A stretch of 64,000 nt of DNA from a virus. Position numbers and translations under genes: made by a program. The stretch covers positions 64,001 through 128,000 of the IMG/VR virus record IMGVR_UViG_3300036790_000425. One strand, written 5' to 3'. The notes beneath the pieces are model-generated. The model saw only the letters and a program-made list of their open reading frames with translations, had not been told where the DNA came from and ran no database searches. Position 1 is the first letter of the stretch. Every line of letters starts with the position of its first letter. Of this stretch, positions 16,959-25,241 are shown one piece after another.

Positions 16959-18866
16959 TTACTGATCGCTGACCGTGTCCCACAGATCCTCGCTGGGCCG
17001 CGGGTTCTCGATCCGTTCGATCTCCTCGGCATGCTCGGAGTTGAACATGGCCCTGATCTCCTCGGCCTGCTGCACGGCCGAGGTGAACAGCCCGGTGAAC
17101 TGCTCCATCGCCTGCTTGGTCCCCGGCCCGATCGGCAGGCCGTCGGCGCTGTCCTTCAGCCCGCTGAAGGCCGCGGCGACCTCAGTCATTGACTCCGGCA
17201 TGCCGTCGAAGATGTCCCGCATCTCGCGGGTCGTGGTCGGCTGGTGGGTGGCAACGGCCGAGCTGAACTGCTCGGCCGCCGAGTGGATGACTCCTGCCAT
17301 GCCTGCTCCTCCTCCTGAGAATGCTGCGGCCGTGCCCGGCCGGCGGCGGCCGGCGAGCGGGATGCTGCCCGGGACCGTGCCCGCGGGCTCCGGCATGCGG
17401 CCGTCCTCCGGGTCCGCCCGGGTAGTCACGGGGCGCTCGGGCGGCCTGGTCCAGTACGTAGGCGGCGCCTGCCTCGCGCGGCTCCGCTTCCTCCAGAATA
17501 GCAAGAAACCTGCCAGGCCCGCGCCTGTCGCGGCGGCGGTGCCCGTCCGGCCGCCCCAGGCGCGCATCCGGGCCCTCAGCGGGGTCCGGCCGCTCCACCG
17601 GCCGGCGATGCGCCGGGCCAGCGGCGGGACGCCGCCCGGGTAGCGCTTCGCCAGCCTCGCCACGCGCCGCGCCCGGAGCCTGCTCGTCTGGGCCCGGGAC
17701 TTCCGCCGGGTCCAGGCATAGCTGTCCCGGGTCTTGATGCACGTGATGGTGCGCCACTTCCGGGCATGCCGCCACCTGCCCCCGGCTGCTGCCCTCCGGG
17801 CGTTATTAGCGGTCTTGCGGCCCTGGGCCGCCGCTACCCGGGCGTCCTTGCGCCGCTGGCGCGAGGCGTGCCTGTAGTCCCTGCGGCCCTGCCGCCCGCC
17901 GCCCTTTCCTGCCTTCCGGTTGTGCCGTGCCAGGCGGGCCGCCTGAGCGCGCTGGCGGCCGGCGGCGGTGGGGTGGCGCAGGAACCGGCCCGCGGCACGG
18001 GTGCGCCGGAGCCTCGGCGCGCCGCCGAGCGCGCCTGGCGCGGCGGCGGCAGCGGCACGGCGCGCGGTCCGGGCGGCGCGGCCCTGCGCCTTCTGGCTGC
18101 GCCGGTACTGGCGCCGCTGGCCCGGGTGGCGCATGCCCGGCCGCCCGCCGGGGAAGCCTGGCGCAGAGGTGCCGCGCCGGCCGAAGACACTGCGCCTGCC
18201 GGTCTTCGCGCCAGCGCCCGTGCCACTGCGCCGGCGGCCGGCCTGGCCCGTGGCGCGCCGTCCCGTGCCGGCTGTCCCGGCACGGCTGCGCCGGCCTCCG
18301 CCGAGCGGGTGGCGCATGGTGCGCTTGCCGCGGGCGCCGGCTCCGCCGGGGACGGAGTGACGGCCGCGCCGGGCGCCTGCCCCGGCGGCGGCGCTGCCCT
18401 TGCGGCCGGAGAACGGGTTGAGCCGGGCCAGGCCCTTCCTGCCCGCGGCGGCGGTCCCGGCGCCCTTCCTGCCGCCGGCCGCGGCGCTCAGGCGGCCCTT
18501 ACGGCCGCCCAGTCCCGCTCCGCCCCGGCCGCTGCCGAGACGGCCGCGCATGGCGCCGCCCAGCCGGCCGCGCTGCCCGCGGGTGATGGTCCGGGTCGTC
18601 CGGGTACGCCGCATCCCCGGCTTGCGCCGGTTGGCGTTGAAGTGCTGCCGGATATGCGGCAGGTAGCGGAGCACCAGGAAGCCGGCGAACAGGGCGGCAG
18701 CCGCGACGATGATGATGATCGCCGTGCCGCCGCCTGCCTTGTGAACCAGGGCGGCGACCCCGGCGACGATGAGCAGCAGGACGGTCCCGCCGCGGCGCCA
18801 CATGTGCGACCGCGGGCGGGATTCCGCCTGCTGGGCGGGGACTGTTTCCTCAGCCAACTGGGACAC
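16959..18866 (-). CDS. Membrane-anchored Arg/Gly-rich protein with a C-terminal helical domain, resembling actinomycete plasmid/AICE transfer-region proteins
   Basis: Two N-terminal TMs, a long basic region, and C-terminus F..EH..EIER..NPRP.E.LWD. Internal RBS GGAGGAGGAG before ATG 17300. Confidence 0.6.
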   Translation of the reverse strand: MSQLAEETVPAQQAESRPRSHMWRRGGTVLLLIVAGVAALVHKAGGGTAIIIIVAAAALFAGFLVLRYLPHIRQHFNANRRKPGMRRTRTTRTITRGQRGRLGGAMRGRLGSGRGGAGLGGRKGRLSAAAGGRKGAGTAAAGRKGLARLNPFSGRKGSAAAGAGARRGRHSVPGGAGARGKRTMRHPLGGGRRSRAGTAGTGRRATGQAGRRRSGTGAGAKTGRRSVFGRRGTSAPGFPGGRPGMRHPGQRRQYRRSQKAQGRAARTARRAAAAAAPGALGGAPRLRRTRAAGRFLRHPTAAGRQRAQAARLARHNRKAGKGGGRQGRRDYRHASRQRRKDARVAAAQGRKTANNARRAAAGGRWRHARKWRTITCIKTRDSYAWTRRKSRAQTSRLRARRVARLAKRYPGGVPPLARRIAGRWSGRTPLRARMRAWGGRTGTAAATGAGLAGFLLFWRKRSRARQAPPTYWTRPPERPVTTRADPEDGRMPEPAGTVPGSIPLAGRRRPGTAAAFSGGGAGMAGVIHSAAEQFSSAVATHQPTTTREMRDIFDGMPESMTEVAAAFSGLKDSADGLPIGPGTKQAMEQFTGLFTSAVQQAEEIRAMFNSEHAEEIERIENPRPSEDLWDTVSDQ

Positions 18867-19989
18867 CTCCGGGGATGAAGGGCTGAGCAGGGGCGATCAG
18901 GTCGCCCTGCCCGTTCGCGTGCCGGGCCGGCGGCAGCGGCCGGAGGCGCTGGGCTCGCTCGGCTCGCTCGGCGTTCAGCAGCCTCGTGCCCCAGCGCCGC
19001 TGATCGGACTCCTCGGGCGGGGCGATCATGCGGGCGACCTGGCGGTAGGTCGTGGCCGCCAGGTCAGTGTCGGACAGGCCGGCCAGCTGATCGGCCACCT
19101 CGCGCCGGCGCTCGGCGCTGACCCCGGCGGGGACCCGGGCATCGGCGCTCAGCTCAGCCGCCGCGCTGTGCACGGCGGGCACCAGGCTCAGGCGGCCTGG
19201 CGCGGCGTCCTCGTGCGCCATCGCTGGCACGTCCTCGTGCGCCATCGCTGGCGCGGCTGGCGCGGCTGGCGCGGCTGGCGCGCTCTCGATCGCTGGCACG
19301 TCCTCGCGCGCCACCACCTCCGGCACGGATGGCGCGGGCAGTGATGGCGCGGGGATGGCGCGGCGCGGCGCGTCCTCCTGGCGCGGGGGCTTGATCACGG
19401 CCGGGCCCTCGGTCATGTAGTCGCTGATGGCACGCTGCGGGCTGGTCTCGCCGTACCAGGTGGCGCGGCGCATCACCCGGAACGAGCCGACCGGGTGCCA
19501 GGCCACGCGGGTGGCTCCGAGCCGGACAGCGTGCTTCTCGATCAGGCCCTGGGCCATCAGCTTGTCGCGGCTGACCCGGCGCGAGTGCACCGACCACAGC
19601 CACGGCGAGATCGAGGACATCAGGCCGAAGATCAGCGCGGCCACGGTCGGCCGCCAGTGACTCGCGAAGTGGCTGTAGTTCATGGCGCCGACGATCAGGG
19701 CCAGCGCGTAGGACGACAGCCGCAGCCGGGCGGTCGAGTCGTTCTTCAGCTGCGCCTCGTGCGCCTGGTAGGCCAGCACGACGGCAATCAGCTCCAGGAT
19801 GACCGCCACCAGGATGACCGACCAGCGCGGCACCGGCAGGTGATCCCGCAGGTAGGCGTACTGACCGATGAAGGCCGCGATGTTCACGCCCACGATCGGG
19901 ACAGCGGTCAGGACAGCGCTCACACCATGCCGGAAGCGGTCACTCCTGATCACTTCCAGGACCTCGGCAGACCCGTCACGCATCGTCAT
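18850..19989 (-). CDS. DUF2637-like multi-TM protein (Spd-like plasmid spreading protein)
   Basis: About 4 TMs, A..LE.IAV, MNYSH, Pro/Ala repeat linker (APA x4, AHEDVPAM), C-terminal HTH-like region. Divergent from traB. Confidence 0.65.
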   Translation of the reverse strand: MTMRDGSAEVLEVIRSDRFRHGVSAVLTAVPIVGVNIAAFIGQYAYLRDHLPVPRWSVILVAVILELIAVVLAYQAHEAQLKNDSTARLRLSSYALALIVGAMNYSHFASHWRPTVAALIFGLMSSISPWLWSVHSRRVSRDKLMAQGLIEKHAVRLGATRVAWHPVGSFRVMRRATWYGETSPQRAISDYMTEGPAVIKPPRQEDAPRRAIPAPSLPAPSVPEVVAREDVPAIESAPAAPAAPAAPAMAHEDVPAMAHEDAAPGRLSLVPAVHSAAAELSADARVPAGVSAERRREVADQLAGLSDTDLAATTYRQVARMIAPPEESDQRRWGTRLLNAERAERAQRLRPLPPARHANGQGDLIAPAQPFIPGGVPVG

Positions 19990-20019
19990 CTCCTCCTCGC
20001 AGTTGTCCTCAGCACATCC

Positions 20020-20048
20020 ACATTATCAAGAAAACCTGTAATCGTCGA
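20020..20048 (-). promoter_or_regulatory. Promoter of the Spd-like operon, with the conserved box
   Basis: TCGACG-N17-TAATGT. Plus strand reads TATCAAGAAAACCTGTAA. Confidence 0.7.
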
Positions 20049-20049
20049 G

Positions 20050-20302
20050 GATCACACCTGCGGAACCCCGGTTTCCGGGGGTCAGGGACCCGCTTCGATC
20101 ACAGTCACAGTTCCTGACCTGCCCGTCCTCGAAACTGTGATCGAGTAGTGATCCGGCAGACCGTGACTGTGACTTAGCGGGGTTCCTTGCCAGGGTCAGG
20201 GGCCCCGGATCACAGCGATCTTTGTTTAGACACGGACACGATCGGTGATCACTAGCAATGAAACTGATATTTTCGACGTTATCCATAACAATGACTGATC
20301 AC
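20050..20302. repeat. Array of GATCAC/GTGATC and GTCAC/GTGAC repeats, candidate clt-like cis site
   Basis: GATCAC or GTGATC at 20050, 20097, 20137, 20148, 20208, 20245 and 20297. Inverted pairs TCGATCACAG/CTGTGATCGA and AGTCACAGT/ACTGTGACT. Confidence 0.6.
20253..20273 (+). promoter_or_regulatory. Conserved box and candidate -10 upstream of traB
   Basis: TAGCAATGAAACTGA-TATTTT, the same geometry as the 6949 and 27379 sites. Confidence 0.5.
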
Positions 20303-20319
20303 TACCGGAGGAGCCGCAG

Positions 20320-22281
20320 GTGAGTGCCCCGACGACCAAGACCTGGGAGCACGTCGCGGAGTGGACAGCGCTGCTCAGCGCTGCCGTGCTCACCGCCGTG
20401 GCTTACCTGCCCGGCATGGGCGCGCCCGCGTGGTGCGTCCCGGTGCTGTCCGCGGTGCTCGGCCTGATCGCGGCGGGCGTGGCCGCTGCCGTGGCCGGCG
20501 GGAGGTTCGCCGCCTGGTGCGCCGCCTACGGCGCATGGTGCGCCGCCTGGAGCTACTGGGCCGGCACGCGCGGCCTGTGGCACCCTGTTGTCGTGATCGC
20601 CTGGATCCTGGGGGCCGTCGCCTTCGTCGCGGCCGGCGCGCTCCTCCTGGCACACCGCCGGCCGGCGCAGCTGGCCATCGAGGCCGCGCCGGACCCCGAG
20701 GAGGCCAGCCGCCTGGAGGTCCTGGCGCAGTGGGACCACCTGTTCGCCTCGGTGGACTGCGAGGGCGTCCGGACGGTCGAGGTCATCGACGACAAGGCCA
20801 CGCCGGGCCGGGTGATCCGGGCCGAGCTGCCGCGCAAGGGGCACCTGACCATCCGCAGCCTGGAGACCCAGGCGCACCGGATGGAGGTCGCGCTGCGGCT
20901 GCGGGAGAACAGCATCACCTTCGCCACCCTGGCGAACGCCGCGGACATCGAGCTGCGGCTGCGGGAGCGGGACCTCATGACCAAGGCCGTCCCGCTGACC
21001 CCGGCGCACTACGCCACCACCATCAACAAGCCGTTCGCCGTCGGCGTGGGCGAGGACGGCAAGATCAAGTCGCTGACCCTGCGCCAGGTCCACATGATGC
21101 TGGTCGGCACGACCGGCGCGGGCAAGTCGAACCTGATCAACGTCCTGACCGGGCAGATGGGCCGGATGGTGGACACCGTCATCTGGTGCATCGACATGAA
21201 GGGCGGCCGGGTCGCCCGGCCGTGGCTCCTGCCGTGGATGAACAACGAGACCGATCAGCCGGTCTTCGACTGGGTGGCTACCAGCCGGAAGGAGGCCGCG
21301 CTGATGATGGACTGCTTCGTGATGGCCATCACCAGCCGGATGAACTCCGGCCGGGGCGGGTCGAAGATCACCCCGAAGGCCAATATCCCGCAGATCATCC
21401 TGCTGGTGGACGAGGCGGCCGACCTGATCGGCCAGGACAAGGGCCCGACCCTGGCCGAGGCCGAGCGGCTCGGCGTGCTGACCAACCGGCAGTTCGCCAA
21501 GCGCTTCGGAGAGATCACCCAGAAGGGGCGGTCCGAGGCTGCCTCCGCAGTGATCGCCACCCAGCGGGGCACCAACAGCATGTCCGGTGACGGCGACATC
21601 AAGGGTCAGTGCAAGACCCGGATCCTGCTGGGCACGGTCAACGAGAATGAGGCCCGCTACGTGCTGAACGACGACCCGCAGGCCTGGCGGCTGGCCACGA
21701 TGGCCTCCGCCATCCCGGGTGCCGGGGTCATCGGCGTCGGCCGGGACACCTCGCTGCTGGTCAAGTTCTTCCTGCTGGACCACCCGGAGGTGCCGGGCAC
21801 CGAAACCGGCGAGACGCTGTGTGATGACGGCTGCGTGCCGGAGTGCGCGGTCCGGATGACCGCGATCGAGACCGGCCGGGTCCGCCCGGCGCTGGACCAG
21901 GAGACCGCCGCCAGCATGGGCGAGACCTACGCCGACCGGTGGGCCCGGGCCCGGGACGCTGGCGTCATCACCCGGGTGCCTGCCCGGCGCCAGGTGGCCG
22001 CGGTCAGCACCGCCGGGTTCGAGCAGATCATGTCCGACTCGGGGATGACCGACCCGGACCAGGACGTGGACCCGCGGCGGCTGCGGATGCGCGAGCTGCT
22101 GGCCTCCCGGGGGCCGGCAGGCGGCACACCCAACTTCCTGTGGACCAAGATGGCGGAGGAGGGCATCACCGTGGCCCGGGAGACCCTGTCCCGGTGGCTG
22201 CGCGCCGACGCCGACCGCGGCCTGTGCCACTCGGCTGATGAGCATGGCCGCTGGCGGATCGGCCAGAAGCCGGCCGCCTAG
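20320..22281 (+). CDS. traB: TraB-type FtsK/SpoIIIE DNA translocase
   Basis: Four N-terminal TMs, Walker A GTTGAGKS, IDMKGG, Walker B LLVDE, IATQR, C-terminal winged-helix (VARETLSRWL). GGAGGAG RBS. Confidence 0.85.
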   Translation: MSAPTTKTWEHVAEWTALLSAAVLTAVAYLPGMGAPAWCVPVLSAVLGLIAAGVAAAVAGGRFAAWCAAYGAWCAAWSYWAGTRGLWHPVVVIAWILGAVAFVAAGALLLAHRRPAQLAIEAAPDPEEASRLEVLAQWDHLFASVDCEGVRTVEVIDDKATPGRVIRAELPRKGHLTIRSLETQAHRMEVALRLRENSITFATLANAADIELRLRERDLMTKAVPLTPAHYATTINKPFAVGVGEDGKIKSLTLRQVHMMLVGTTGAGKSNLINVLTGQMGRMVDTVIWCIDMKGGRVARPWLLPWMNNETDQPVFDWVATSRKEAALMMDCFVMAITSRMNSGRGGSKITPKANIPQIILLVDEAADLIGQDKGPTLAEAERLGVLTNRQFAKRFGEITQKGRSEAASAVIATQRGTNSMSGDGDIKGQCKTRILLGTVNENEARYVLNDDPQAWRLATMASAIPGAGVIGVGRDTSLLVKFFLLDHPEVPGTETGETLCDDGCVPECAVRMTAIETGRVRPALDQETAASMGETYADRWARARDAGVITRVPARRQVAAVSTAGFEQIMSDSGMTDPDQDVDPRRLRMRELLASRGPAGGTPNFLWTKMAEEGITVARETLSRWLRADADRGLCHSADEHGRWRIGQKPAA

Positions 22282-23012
22282 CCTGCCGCGGCGGGGGCCT
22301 CGGCCGGGGCGATCTCGGGCGGGGCCTCCACTGCTGCTACCGAGGGAGTCGCGGGCAGCGGCGGCTGGCCCGCGGCCGAGAGCGTCTGCTCCACGTCCGC
22401 GCCCAGCGTGCCGCGGTCGGCGTCGGCGCTCAGGATCTTCCCGGTGGTGTCGTGGTACTGCTGCATCCGGCGCCGGGCCTCCCCGAGCCGGCCCTCCATG
22501 TCCTGGAGCCGCTGCGCGGCGCCCTCGCTGACCGCCGCGGAGTGCGCGGCGGCCTGGTCGGTCATCCGCTTGGCCTCCGCCCGCGCGCCCTCCAGGGCGA
22601 TCTCGGCCTGCTCCCGTGCCCCGGCCGCGACCTTGTCGGCCTCCTCGCGGGCGTCGGCCAGGAGCTGGCGGGCGGCGTCCTCCGCGTCTGATCTCAGCTG
22701 CGCCGCGGACTGGTCGGCCTCGGCCTTCTGGCCGGCCAGCTCCTCGGCCGCCATCCTCATCAGGTCGGCCACCAGCCTGGTCGCCTGCGGAGACTCGGCC
22801 GCCTTCGCCAGGGTCTGCTCGGCGTCGTGGCCGAAGTGAGCCACCTGCCGCTCGGCGTCGTGCAGGCGTGTCAGGATCCGGGCGATCCAGGAGTCCACCT
22901 GCTTCGGGTGATAGCCGCCGGCCCCCTGGACCTGGTCGAACCGGGGATCCAGGTCGGGGTCGGCAGCCGGGCCGAGGTCGGTCACCGGGTACTGCTGGGT
23001 GTCGCTGGTCAT
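22278..23012 (-). CDS. DivIVA-domain coiled-coil protein
   Basis: RFDQVQGAGGYHPKQVDSWIARI matches the DivIVA F....GY...VD.F/W pattern, followed by a long A/E/R heptad coiled coil. Confidence 0.75.
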   Translation of the reverse strand: MTSDTQQYPVTDLGPAADPDLDPRFDQVQGAGGYHPKQVDSWIARILTRLHDAERQVAHFGHDAEQTLAKAAESPQATRLVADLMRMAAEELAGQKAEADQSAAQLRSDAEDAARQLLADAREEADKVAAGAREQAEIALEGARAEAKRMTDQAAAHSAAVSEGAAQRLQDMEGRLGEARRRMQQYHDTTGKILSADADRGTLGADVEQTLSAAGQPPLPATPSVAAVEAPPEIAPAEAPAAAG

Positions 23013-23034
23013 GAGGAGTCCTCCGCGGGATGAG

Positions 23035-23217
23035 TCAGGTGTCGTAGACCCCGTCAGCCACGGCCGGGACCTGAACCCAGGAGGACGTGGCGATCGGGCC
23101 CGTAACGCCCGTGCCTGGCAGAACGGTACCCGGCGCGACGGTGATGCGCTGGGACATCGCCGTGGCCGCCAGAACCGCCCGGGCCGCCAGGGCCGCGCTC
23201 CCGCTCACCGTGGCCAT
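23035..23217 (-). CDS. Small probable virion protein
   Basis: MATVSGSAALAARAVLAA resembles the repeat unit of the 60704-62728 protein. Coupled to the upstream gene. Confidence 0.5.
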   Translation of the reverse strand: MATVSGSAALAARAVLAATAMSQRITVAPGTVLPGTGVTGPIATSSWVQVPAVADGVYDT

Positions 23218-23495
23218 CAGGCCCCCATCAGGCTCCCGGCCGCGATCTGGGACGCGGTGAGCGTGTAGGTCGTGTCGGTGAAGCCCTGGTCGGTCCCGTC
23301 AGCCAGCTGGCACTCGTACTGGTTGCCCGGGTCCCGGGTGGCGTCAGCCGCGTCCGAGAGCACCACGGCGCCGGTCCCCGGCACCCAGCCCTCCCAGGTA
23401 GCCGGATCCCCGACCACGGTGAAGGCCGAGCCGCCGGTCAGCTGATCAGCTGAGGTCTCCACCGGGTAGGTCAGCGTGGTCACGTCCTCCGCCAT
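23217..23495 (-). CDS. Small acidic beta-rich protein, probably structural
   Basis: 92 aa, tightly packed in the operon. Confidence 0.55.
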   Translation of the reverse strand: MAEDVTTLTYPVETSADQLTGGSAFTVVGDPATWEGWVPGTGAVVLSDAADATRDPGNQYECQLADGTDQGFTDTTYTLTASQIAAGSLMGA

Positions 23496-23496
23496 C

Positions 23497-23889
23497 TCAG
23501 GCCGCCAGCGTGAGCGATCCCGAGGCGATGGTGAAGGTGTCGCCCGAGTTCGTGGTCTTGGCCGCGGTGAGCGCGCCCCACCAGGTGCGGATAGGCGAGC
23601 CGGCCGAGTCCCACAGCTCTACGCCGTTGATCGTGGTCGCCGGCATGTTGGTCACCGTGACCGCGACATTGGAGGCCTTCGAGCCGGCCGAGGCCGCAGC
23701 GAAGGTGACCGTCGGGGCGCCCGTGCCGGAGGTGTACCCGCCGCCGGTCGCCAGCTCGGTGCCGTTGCTGGTATTGCTGCCGTTGGCCGTCATCAGCCGG
23801 CAGGTGATGGGCGTGGTCGGTGAGGTAAGCGTGCCGCCGACGCTGGCGTCCAGCAGCTTGTTCGAGAACGTCTGGTCGAGGCTAGACAC
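23497..23889 (-). CDS. Phage fibre/collar-associated small structural protein
   Basis: NKLLD...GTELATGGGY...VTFAAAS.G...LWDS...WWGAL...KT...GDTFTIASGSL. Confidence 0.65.
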   Translation of the reverse strand: MSSLDQTFSNKLLDASVGGTLTSPTTPITCRLMTANGSNTSNGTELATGGGYTSGTGAPTVTFAAASAGSKASNVAVTVTNMPATTINGVELWDSAGSPIRTWWGALTAAKTTNSGDTFTIASGSLTLAA

Positions 23890-24085
23890 TGGTCGGGCTC
23901 CCGTTCAGGATGGTGAGGCAGCTTCCGTCGGGGCACCCTGCCTGAGCGCAGCACCTGAAGTGGCGGCTGATCATCTCCAGGCCCTGGTCCGCGGGGACCA
24001 CGATCTGGTGGTGACCTTCGGTATCCACCTCATGACAGCCTTCGCACTCGCGCTCCACCCGCGCCGGGGCCTGCGGGTCGCTCAT
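23882..24085 (-). CDS. Small Cys/His-rich protein
   Basis: RECEGC..D...HH...HFRCC...CPDGSC. AGGAGG RBS. Confidence 0.65.
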   Translation of the reverse strand: MSDPQAPARVERECEGCHEVDTEGHHQIVVPADQGLEMISRHFRCCAQAGCPDGSCLTILNGSPTSV

Positions 24086-24114
24086 GGGCACCTCCTGATC
24101 CTTCTGGGGTTGGG

Positions 24115-25104
24115 TTACCAGGTGCGGAACACGGCAGAGGCGCCGACTGCCGCCCGGGTGTCGGTCCGCTTGACGTCCACCGCGGTGACGGCGGACCAGC
24201 CGTGCGCCGGCACGACGTGCACGGCCTTGCCCGTGGTGAGTGCGCGGGCAAGGGTCTGGGGTCCGTGCTTGACGTCGTGCAGCGTGACGTGCACGACCGC
24301 GCCGGTCTGGCCGGCCAGGCCCAGGGAGCAGCTCGCGTAGGCGGCCGGCTCCTTGTACTCGGCCGCGTCGGCCCACACCGGGAAGCTGACCGGGGGCTGT
24401 CCCGGCACCAGCGGAATGATCATTTCGTCTCCCTGGGCAGTCGGCTTCGGCTGGGCGGCGGCCGGGAGGACCCGGGCCGCGAGCTGGGCCTCAGTGCCGT
24501 GGAAGGCAGAGCAGTCCACGGGTCCGGAGATCCCGCTGATCGAGGCCTTGTCGGTGAACTGGAGCAGTACCGGGGTCCGGCCGCCGTAGGGTGCCCACCA
24601 GGACGCCGGGACGTGGCCGTACAGGGCCGCGGGGTCGCCGCCGCCGGACACGTAGGAGCTGGCCCACAGCCAGTCCGCGAAGGTCAGCGACTGGCCGCCC
24701 GTGTACCAGTGCGGGGCGTAGCCGCCGACGGGGTGCCGGGGGTACAGCTTCCGCAGCTCGGCCACGGCGTCGGCGGCCTGGGCGTGCGTCGGGCTGCCGT
24801 CGGGGGCCCGCTCGTAGTCCACGGCGATGCCGAACCGGGACAGGTCCCCGGCGTGCTCGGCGAAGAACGAGGCCTGCGCGGAGCCGCTGCCCTTAGCGTC
24901 CAGGAACAGGTAGGCCAGCGGCACGAACCCGTGCCCGGCGATCCGCAGCATGGCCGTCCTGGAGGCCGCCCAGCGGGGGTTGACGTAGCCCGTGCCCTCG
25001 GTGACCTTCTCCGCGCCGAATCGGCAGCTGGCGCTCACGCGGGCCCAGTCGGGGCTGCCCTGGAAGGACGAGCAGTCCGGCCCGTAGATAACTTTCCCGG
25101 TCAC
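24115..25104 (-). CDS. Endolysin, GH25 muramidase with a C-terminal beta domain
   Basis: GPDCSSFQG, KVTEG, VDYE, LWASSY, LLQFT, GPVDCS. Confidence 0.88.
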   Translation of the reverse strand: MTGKVIYGPDCSSFQGSPDWARVSASCRFGAEKVTEGTGYVNPRWAASRTAMLRIAGHGFVPLAYLFLDAKGSGSAQASFFAEHAGDLSRFGIAVDYERAPDGSPTHAQAADAVAELRKLYPRHPVGGYAPHWYTGGQSLTFADWLWASSYVSGGGDPAALYGHVPASWWAPYGGRTPVLLQFTDKASISGISGPVDCSAFHGTEAQLAARVLPAAAQPKPTAQGDEMIIPLVPGQPPVSFPVWADAAEYKEPAAYASCSLGLAGQTGAVVHVTLHDVKHGPQTLARALTTGKAVHVVPAHGWSAVTAVDVKRTDTRAAVGASAVFRTW

Positions 25105-25184
25105 ACATCTTCCGGGGGCCCGAGGCCATCGTGATACTCTCGGCCACGAGGAGTGAGGACCCGGCCATGCCTGCGTCTCCACAT

Positions 25185-25227
25185 AAAGAGAGCCGCTCCC
25201 GGCGCAGGGGAGCGGCTCTCTTTTTTT
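25185..25227. terminator. Intrinsic terminator, potentially bidirectional, with the longer U-tract on the + strand
   Basis: AAAGAGAGCCGCTCCC-loop-GGGAGCGGCTCTCTTTTTTT. Confidence 0.85.
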
Positions 25228-25241
25228 CTTCCGGGGAAGGC

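Noticed and set aside
17499-17512. TAGCAAGAAACCTG partial box inside the Arg-rich gene
   Set aside because: It is intragenic, one base short and lacks a clear -10/-35 context. It could still serve the internal start at 17300, but this is unsupported.
16959-23012. Independent AICE or integrated plasmid
   Set aside because: No integrase, excisionase, Rep gene or att-like repeats are seen around the block, and its promoters share the phage box. This cannot be fully excluded without the rest of the genome.
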